Below, in pieces: positions 55,698 through 64,000 of a stretch of 64,000 bases of DNA. The notes below the pieces were generated by a model that was not told the DNA's origin, did not search any database, and saw only the letters and a list, made by a program, of their open reading frames with translations. Position 1 is the stretch's first letter; each line of letters starts with the position of its first letter. The translations under genes were made by a program, and so were the position numbers. Location of the stretch: the NCBI GenBank assembly GCA_964016885.1, contig OZ024741.1, forward strand, positions 161,448,001 to 161,512,000, in the 5' to 3' direction. The DNA is from Eledone cirrhosa. Its lineage: Eukaryota.

Positions 55698-55897
55698 TAG
55701 AAGTAGTTACACAACAGTTAATTCACCATTTCCGAGAACAATTTGTTTCACCTCAGACGGAGAGCTGATGATCCATCTGAGGTGAAACAAATTGTTCTCA
55801 GAAATGGTGATTTAACTGTTGTGGAACTACTTCTACCAAACTCGCCCCATGGACTGAGTGCTCTACTACTGCAGATATAACCCACCAGTTTCTACCA
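55698..55897 (+). mobile_element. Mini fold-back element (60-bp arms + ~60-bp tail) with HHR
   Basis: 55698-55757 is the near reverse complement of 55776-55835; TA flanks. Confidence 0.8.
55762..55799 (+). ncRNA. Minimal type-I hammerhead ribozyme
   Basis: GAG-CTGATGA-TCC ATCTGA GGT-GAAA-CAAATTG-TT-CTC. Confidence 0.75.
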
Positions 55898-55916
55898 ATA
55901 TATATATATATAAATA

Positions 55917-56085
55917 TGGATTGAGGCAGGCGAGGCTGTGTGGTTACCAATAACGAGTGTTAGAAGGTAAGGTGACACAAATAAGAGATGGACAGTTTCC
56001 CTTCATCAGCTGTTTACTACGGGTCATGGATGTTTCGGTGCATTACTGTTTATAATGTGCTTGTGTCACCTTACCTTCTAACACT
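55917..56085. mobile_element. Small fold-back element: 25-bp inverted repeats plus left tail
   Basis: AGTGTTAGAAGGTAAGGTGACACAA (55956) / TTGTGTCACCTTACCTTCTAACACT (56085); HHR-like CTGATGA..GAAA remnant on the minus strand. Confidence 0.6.
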
Positions 56086-56512
56086 ATATATATAAAAAGA
56101 GAGGGAAATTTAACAGGTCAGTGGTACCATATCCATTCAATTCCTTGACCACTGATGGTGTACAGGTCAGTTGTTACTTCCAGCTGTTATAAAAATTGTC
56201 TCTCTTTCTCTTGTCTAACTTTCTATCTCTTTCTAACCCATTTCCCCCTCCTTCTCTCTCTCTCTCTTTGCATATTTGTTTCTTGTGTGTGTGATATGAA
56301 CTTTCAATCTCTTCAAAGAAGAGCTTTCCTTGATTCTTTCAAGGTAAATGTATCTCAATCCTTTTTAAAAAAATCTTCTAGTCAATTTTGTTTAATTATG
56401 TTTTGTCATCATAAATATTCTAAACATTTTAATTGATGTTAATAATTCCATTTATCAAAACAACACACACGTGTGTGTGCATATATATATATGTATATTA
56501 TATATATATGTG

Positions 56513-56556
<44 letters not shown>

Positions 56557-56560
<4 letters not shown>

Positions 56561-57035
56561 GAAAAAAGTTTAAATTGAAAATGCAACTGGAGTCTTTTTA
56601 AGAATATTTATTTGTTTCCTTTACCGGTTTCACAGTTCTTATGCTTTTCAAAAGTAGAATTGAGATAGAGGGTTTGTGGTTTTACTCGCATCTGGTTGGT
56701 GTTTGAATGTTACTTCTGTTTTATGTGGAAAGAAGTGGCTCAAAATGTTAGGTTTTTTAGAAAAGTAATTTGTTTGGTTGATGACTGTCATGTGAATAAG
56801 TATAATAAATTTCGCGTTAAAAAAGTTCTTATTGTATTTGCCTTTTAAAAAAAGTGGGGTTCAGATTGTTTTTTCATATATGAATGAAATTTGGTTGATT
56901 GATGTAGTCACGTGAATAAGCACATCAACTTTCGTGCCAGTTCATGTTTGAGGGTTCTTTATAGTCCTTTTCACTTAAAAAAGTGGCTCAAAAATGTTTT
57001 TTTATAAATGTAATTGGATTGGTTATGACTGTCAC
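56557..57035 (-). mobile_element. pLTR-type element, sister of 27793-28240
   Basis: Colinear homology (GAAAATGCAACTGGAGTC...TTCCTTTACCGGTTTC...); TA flanks. Confidence 0.7.
56619..56654 (-). ncRNA. Minimal hammerhead ribozyme with U3-A8 core
   Basis: Minus strand CTT-TTGAAAA-GCA TAAGAAC TGT-GAAA-CCGG-TA-AAG. Confidence 0.72.
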
Positions 57036-57058
57036 ATATATATATATAAATATATATA

Positions 57059-57250
57059 TAGAAGCAGTTCCACAACAGTTAGTTCACCATACCAAGAACA
57101 AATGTTTCACCTTATTCGGATCCTCAGCTCAGTCTGAATGAAGTTGTCCAGAAAAGGAAAAACAACTGTTGTGGAACTACTTCTACCTAACTCGCCCCAT
57201 GGACTGAGTGCTCTACTACTACGGATATAACCCTCCAGTGTTCTATTATT
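57059..57250. mobile_element. Mini fold-back element, sister of 55698-55897
   Basis: Same terminus TAGAAG.AGTT.CACAACAGTT, its inverse at 57164-57185, and the same tail. Confidence 0.75.
57094..57130 (-). ncRNA. Minimal hammerhead ribozyme
   Basis: Minus strand GAG-CTGAGGA-TCC GAATAA GGT-GAAA-CATTTG-TT-CTT. Confidence 0.68.
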
Positions 57251-57434
57251 ATATATATATATATATTATTTATAATATTATAGTATTGTATACATATGGT
57301 ATAATAGTATATTAAATATCAAATCATACATATTATATATACATATAGTAAAATAAAAAAATATTTTTATTTATACATAGTATATATTATATAATTTAAA
57401 ACGGAGTTAAAGACTCACATTAATCCCCTATAAT

Positions 57435-57620
57435 TTAATTGTTTCTAATTTTGGCACAAGGCCAGCAATTATCTCAGTGTATTACTGGTACTTTATTTTA
57501 TCAACCCCGTAAGGATGAAAGGCAAAGTTAACCTCGGCGGGATTTGAACTCAGACCATAAAGGGCCGTAACTCTTTGCTGCAAAGCTTGGTGCCCGACCC
57601 TCTTCCGATACTTCCAGATT
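57435..57620 (-). mobile_element. SINE family B
   Basis: Highly similar to 26772-26950. Confidence 0.8.
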
Positions 57621-57739
57621 CCAGGCTCTTTATAAATCAGCATATAGAGAGAAGTTCACATAGAGATATGTGTTCAATCATAGGGGATAAAAAGCCACCA
57701 GAGTGATCCTGCTATTCATAAGTGTGGCGGTTATAGAGG

Positions 57740-58708
57740 TATAACTATAACGCTGCCACCATGTTGATGTTGACGCTGCTGCTGCTGCTGTGGAGGAAGT
57801 TGTTGTTTTGAAAACATTTTTCCCCGTGTGGTTTATGGTAGTGATTAACCAATGTTGTTGCTGCTGCTGATGTTGAAGTTAACGTTGTTGATGTTGTTAA
57901 TGGAAGCCATTTTGAAAAAAAAATCTTTTCGTGCTGTAATTTTTTGAAATACAGCTAATTTTTTCTTTAAGGAATGTTTCCTACGGCGAGTTTTTGAAGG
58001 AAAACAACATCATTGACATGTTAACAACAATTTCAACAGGAAAGATTTTAATTGGTGTGTTGATACAATATGAACCAGAACGGTTGCATGTTGTTGTTTT
58101 TTTAAATACTGCTAAGTTTCTTTAGAGGAATATTTCATACAGAAATTTTCCAACGGCAGTTTAGAAGTATATAAAATGATAATAATAATATCAATGACAA
58201 TATGTAGTTTGTTGTAACAGGAAAGGTATGGTTTGTTACATCAATAGATGTAAGTTGGATTGAGGTTCGGCTGTAAATCTCAGGTTCTGTTGCTGCTGTG
58301 ATAATAACTCTGGAAGGAATCTTTCCATATCACATTTAATGGTATGGCTGTGGTAAATAGCATCACAACGTTCTTACATAATTTATTTACAAAAGTTGAG
58401 CTGGCATGCCAAAACAAATAAAACAAATGAATTAAGATTTCAGAAGGCACAGTCCACTGGCTGTCCAAGGCCATGGTTATGCTGTGGTATTACATATTGG
58501 CTAGTGGTTTCATGACAAAAGAAAAATGTTTTTTTTACCTTTCCACGGTTAAAGCTGCAAGAGATTGAGTTTATTGAAAGTAGCGGGAAAATCTCCGTTT
58601 CGACAGAAGTTGAAAATACATATCCGTGCGCGGCTCACGATTGGCCTGACTTAGCCAAATCATGAACAGATAGTCTATCAATGCTCCAAAGGAAAGTAGC
58701 CTGCTACA
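57740..58708 (-). mobile_element. LTR + 5' leader fragment related to the 45612 element
   Basis: Minus strand begins TGTAGCAGG and shares TTTGGCT.AGT..GCCAATCG, TCTCTTGC.GCTTT and GAAAGGT; 57900-57980 mirrors 46170-46255. Confidence 0.6.
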
Positions 58709-58807
58709 TATATGTCTCTAACTTAAAAACAGTGACACACACACATACGTCTCTACGCCGATAAATTCTCGCATGCGCACCTACACACACTGTCCTATTA
58801 CCACTTA

Positions 58808-59479
58808 AGAGCTTTGGCCCAGACAAACATCCCTTTAATTTTGAAACCGTCTGGGTTGTCCAGAATTGATGGGAAAAGACTTGATGGTCTTACTCTGTGC
58901 TCCTGGACAAGACACAGGTGCCTTAGCTGGGACATCACAGTTAGTGACTCTTTTGCTTCTTCCCACATTCTGGATGCAGCGGTATGGGTGAGAGTTATAG
59001 CATCCGCAGCTGAACAGAACCAAATCCTAAAATACCGTGTTCTGTCAGCTAACTACATTATCCAGCCTGTGGCATTCGAGACGTTTGGGGGAGTCGGGCT
59101 ACTGACAGCGAGGTTCTTATCTTCACTGGCGGCTCGCCAAACAGCGGTAACTGGTGATGCTCATGAGGGCACTTGGTTGTTCCAGCACCTCAGCCTTGCC
59201 ATCACCCCAGGTAACGTTGCGAGTGTGCTGGCTTGCCTTGCTATATTGTTATATTTTGCTCTGGCAGTGTCTCGTTTGTCCACCCCTTTCACCTGCATTT
59301 TGTTCTATGTGGTCTAAGATGTGTGTATTACGTGCTTGTGTATTTTTTTGCTCTCTCTTTTTTTTCCTTTCCCTTTCCTTTGTATATATTATATTTGTTT
59401 GTATTTTCATTCTGTAACCATTATATTAAATTTTTATATAAATAGGTTAAACTGTGTTGTTAATAAATAAATTAAAAAG
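58808..59479 (+). pseudogene. 3' fragment of a CRE-like non-LTR element (restriction-like endonuclease domain + 3' UTR + A-rich tail)
   Basis: P.GL.R.DGKR.DG.T...W....L.WD.TV.D, AAE....KY, PVAFETFG, LSLAI..GN.ASVL. Confidence 0.8.
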
Positions 59480-59715
59480 TTGTACTTCATTTTACTCTTC
59501 CATTTCCAATGTATCGAATACTGCTATCATGACTGTATAACTGTATGTGTGTGTTTGTGTAAATGTATATGTGTGAATGTATGTATGTGTTTGTGTGACA
59601 GTATGTGTATTTGTGTGAATGTATGTCCGTGAGCATGTATTTTTGTAAGTTTGTCTGTGTTTGCATGATTATAATTATATACTCATACATATAGATATAT
59701 GTATATGCACATAGT

Positions 59716-59884
59716 GAAGGCGCATGGCTTAGTGGTTAGAGCATTGGGCTTGCAATCGAAAGGTTGTGAGTTCAATTCTCAGATTGGGTGATGTGTTGTT
59801 TCCTTGAGCAAGACATTTTATTTCACGTTGCTCCAGTTTACTCAGCTGTAGAAATGAGATGATAGGACTGGGGTCCCTATCATT
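59716..59884 (+). mobile_element. SINE family A (head + CORE-like domain)
   Basis: GGCGCATGGCTTAGTGG...GAGTTCAATTC... Confidence 0.85.
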
Positions 59885-60041
59885 AAATCACCCAAGACAC
59901 TGCCAACGAGATATACCTTGGAGGAGACCAGCTAAACCTGCATAGGTGTGTGAGCTGTCACACATGTATATGCACATACACACACACATACGTGTCAGCG
60001 TGTTGAGAAAATCCTCTCTTCATCTATCTCTTTCACTCTCT

Positions 60042-60470
<429 letters not shown>

Positions 60471-60548
60471 ATATATATATATATATCTGTCACATAATCA
60501 CTCTATCTATCTGTATCTCTCTCATCACACACTCTCTCTTTCTCACTC

Positions 60549-60579
<31 letters not shown>

Positions 60580-60619
60580 GGTAGTTGAAGTGGTGGTGGT
60601 GGTGATTGTGATCCTGATC

Positions 60620-60710
60620 CTGTGATACTGTGATGTGTGACACTTTGACACTGTGATGTGTGACACTGTGACAATGTGATGTGTGACACTGTGAGATTAT
60701 GATGTGACAT
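60620..60710. repeat. Short tandem repeat (TGTGATGTGTGACAC-like)
   Basis: Seen directly in the sequence. Confidence 0.7.
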
Positions 60711-61409
60711 TAGAAATATGTTAATAAGAGTTAAATTGTTCAACTTTGTATCATAGAACCAGTAGTAGTTTTATGTGGGAGTTTTAATCAAAGCTGTTAA
60801 AGCTTCTTTTACTTCCTAATCAAAAATTAGTATATATTTACAGGTGAGGGAAAGGCCAAAATATATTTATATAATAGTTACACTTTTAATCTAGGCACAA
60901 GAGAGAAAAGTCAATTTTATTGATCCAAATACCTGACAGTTATTTTATTTAATCAACCAAGAAGGATGAACATGTAAGTATTTCATTTGTGTAAAGTTTA
61001 TATTCTTTCTATCATAAAATTTAGATTTCAAGCTTGGCATCTTTAACACACACACCCAACCTCAATATAACAATCACTCAGTTGAATTTTTAATGAAAAT
61101 ATATTCACAGGTCTCAACATATGTGAAAAAATGTATAAACTCTGCGCCCACATAGTCCTCTTAAATGATTTAGCCAGGCCAGAATGCAGAAAATTTGTTT
61201 ACAAAGGCTGAACAGACATTACAAACAGCTTGAAAACTACTTTGCATTTTGAAGAAAATTACTTTACAGTATATTGACTGACATATTAGAATAGCTGTGT
61301 CTGTATAAAAAGATATACAATTGCTGACTAAATGAAATACATTCAACTAAATAAATGGCAAGGGAATAGACTTTAAATGGCCATCTGTAAAAACCCAATA
61401 CTTACAAAC

Positions 61410-61640
61410 ATTATCATTATCATCATCACCCTTTATCTGCTTTTCCATCCATCCATGCTTGCTTGGTTTGGATAGGCCCTCTCCAGCACAGTTTCATCTA
61501 CTTCTCATCTCCTCTGTGAGGTTCAGCATTCTGAGATCAACTTTCACCATTTCTGACTAGGTTTACCATTGTCTTTCTCTACTACAACTTCTTTCCATCT
61601 GGAACTCCTAGTACTTCACCCAATGATCATCAACAATAGG
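61410..61640 (-). mobile_element. Old RTE 3' end
   Basis: (CAT)n tail, CCATGCTTGC block and eroded C-terminal codons. Confidence 0.55.
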
Positions 61641-61763
61641 CATCATTTATATATATGCATATATATATATATATGCATCTAACCCATGCTAGCATGGGTT
61701 AGATGGACGTTAAATGATGATGATAATGATATATATATGTGTGTGCGTGTGTGTGTCTGCCTA

Positions 61764-61803
<40 letters not shown>

Positions 61804-61828
61804 TGAATACATACATATATATATATAT

Positions 61829-63258
61829 GTTTCCTGCATTCGACGGTGGATTGTACCGTGATAATGGGCTCCTTACCCTTAAAGGGTACAACCCCAGTAG
61901 TACAGACCGGGTCCATAAACAATTAATCAGCTGCTTCCGCGACTGGGGATTTAAAATAACCCTACAAACGTCCCTAACCTGAGTAAACTTCCTGGACGTT
62001 ACCCTTGACCTCGATAATGACCTGTACTACCCATACAGGAAACCCAACGACAACCTGCACTACATCCACCGCCGGTCAAACCATCCTAGAAACATCACCA
62101 ATAACCTAGTTAAAAACATCTCCCTCCACATATCTCGTTTGTCCGGAGTGGCTTCCGGGAGGAAATATCCTACTGTCCAGCTTCCATTAGCGGAACCAGC
62201 AGGCGACACCGCGGCTCACACAACGTAACATGGTTCAATCCTCCCCACAACACCTATCGGGAAAATCTTTTTTAGGCTCATCGAAAAACACTACAACACC
62301 GCTACCACAACATAATCAACAAAAATACCATCAAACTCTCCTACAGCACCACACCTAACTTTGCACAAAACATCATCTCCTCTAACAACAAAAAACTCAA
62401 CCCCTATGGAAGAAATAACCTAAATAGCAGTGGAGAGCCGACCAGGAGGTGCAACTGTCCTGATGGATCCATTTTCCCCCTCGACAACAGATGCAGAGAT
62501 CGTAATGTGATCTACCAGTGCAACGTGAGGACGGACACCTCCAACAAAGCTTATATAGGATTAACCGCATGTGACTTCAAGACCCGGCTATACCAACATA
62601 GACATACTTTCCGAAACCCGGCCCGGCAACATGCCACCACACTTTCGGGCCACATCTGGGACCTCAAAGATAACAATATAACCTACAATCTCACTTGGAG
62701 TTTACTGTCCAGAGCCAACTCTTACACGGGAGGACGCCGTCCGTGTAATTTTTGCTCGGAGAAAACATTACAAATGCTGTTTTCGACGGACCAACTCCTA
62801 AACAAGAAAGACGAACTGGTAACTGCATGCAAACACAGATTGCGTACGACTTACCTCGCCCTCAAACCCCATAATGACTCCCCGGAGGGGGGGGGGGGGT
62901 AGACAAGGGCTGTAACACCCCACTTGCCGACTTTGTAATGGGTAACCCCTGCTTGCAAAGGTAGACGTAAGATTTTCTTATATGTTTTTTATCGTTTCCT
63001 CTATATTTCCTTCTTCCCCCCATCCCTTCCTAGTCCTTCCACTTTTCACTTTCTCGCCCACCCCGAGGCAGCCCTTCGGTCCTTTGTAGCCTCAGTATCC
63101 CCACCCCCATACCCTATTCTATGATAGAATTGGGCGACTCCGCTTTTTATAGATGTGATAGACCCCAGATACTTGCTTTCTTATCCAATTGCTGCCCCAT
63201 TTCCGTGTTTTCTAGATTTCTTAGTGGTATCTCTGCTTTAGTTTCTCGTATATCAGTA

Positions 63259-63289
<31 letters not shown>

Positions 63290-64000
63290 CTGGTTTAATT
63301 TTTCGTATTAAATTTTTCATATATATCGTACGAGCATTTATGTAGTTTGTATTAGAATTTATGTATCGTAGCAGTACTCTTTTATATCGTATTAGTATTC
63401 ATTTTCGGGATTCTGAATTATTATTTTGTATTAGTTTCGGGACTCTGAATTATTATTTTGTAGTAGTTTCTTTAGTATTTTGGCCCCCTACTTGTTGACT
63501 CGTCACTGTAAGATAGATTTGGACGATTACTACTAACTCATAAAATTCTTTCACTACAATCTCGTATTTAGTATTCCGTCCCACCTTTTCTATAGTTTAG
63601 CAGTACCAGTGAGAGACTTGATGATTGTGGTTAGGGAATAGTAACCAGAAATTGTTTTTTTATAAATATTTTTAACATTCTTATTATTCTTCCATATATT
63701 TACTCCATATTGATTTACTTATTGTTTCGACTTCCTCCCCCTCCCCCTCCCTAGTATACTTCTCTTGACCTCTTATCCTTAGGATTCTGCTGTAGTTGGC
63801 ACTATCAACGCACGACTGGGTTTCCTCCACTCCCTCTCCCTCTTTCTTCTACTGGCAAGTTCAGCTACTCCTTCCTTCCACAAAATGCCATGATAGAATC
63901 ATGTGTCTCAACAACAAACTTTTGACCAATCCTTGTGACAATCACTTTTACCATATATGGAATTACCCCCTGAGAAGCTTGGCTATTCATTTAACAGGAT
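61829..64000 (+). mobile_element. Second Penelope-like (Naiad-like) element, 5'-truncated in the RT, with long 3' non-coding region running off the window
   Basis: GGLYRDNGL, VNFLDV, PYRKPND.L.YIH..SNHP, WFNPP, CNC....PLD.RC, then GIY-YIG. Confidence 0.88.
62507..62902 (+). pseudogene. GIY-YIG endonuclease of the Penelope-like element
   Basis: IYQC..YIGLT..FKTRL.QH, TTLS.HIW.LK, CNFCSEK, LNKKDEL..CKH. Confidence 0.9.

Noticed and set aside
61170-61310. Minus-strand acceptor with a 43-codon open frame; similar candidates near 40680-40770 and 28890
   Set aside because: No convincing donor, no recognisable domain; expected by chance in AT-rich DNA.
63965-64000. Possible HHR start in the 3' region of the second Penelope-like element
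   Set aside because: CTGAGAA is non-canonical and the window ends before any closing motif.

Overview
AT-rich animal genomic DNA made almost entirely of (TA)n/(TATC)n microsatellite and transposable elements. The repeat make-up looks like a cephalopod such as Octopus (inference). No host gene can be firmly supported; there is one weak exon candidate. Contents: seven copies of an RTE-clade LINE carrying a C4HC3 PHD finger inside the RT, two of them with long uninterrupted ORFs; 3' ends of a second RTE-like LINE; two long Penelope-like (Naiad-type) RT+GIY-YIG elements and further fragments; two tRNA-derived SINE families; a mariner relic split by a CR1/L2-type LINE and a non-autonomous Gypsy-like LTR element; and relics of hAT, piggyBac-type MITE, Helitron and CRE-like elements. 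There is a 200-N gap. The most notable signal is about 16 minimal type-I hammerhead ribozyme (HHR) motifs from several unrelated sequence families. Some have recurrent non-canonical cores (U3-A8 'UUGAAAA' and U4A 'CAGAAGA'). Many sit in short, non-coding, asymmetric fold-back elements (inverted repeat plus a one-sided tail) inserted in (TA)n. All calls come from manual reading, without alignment or database search, so boundaries are approximate.
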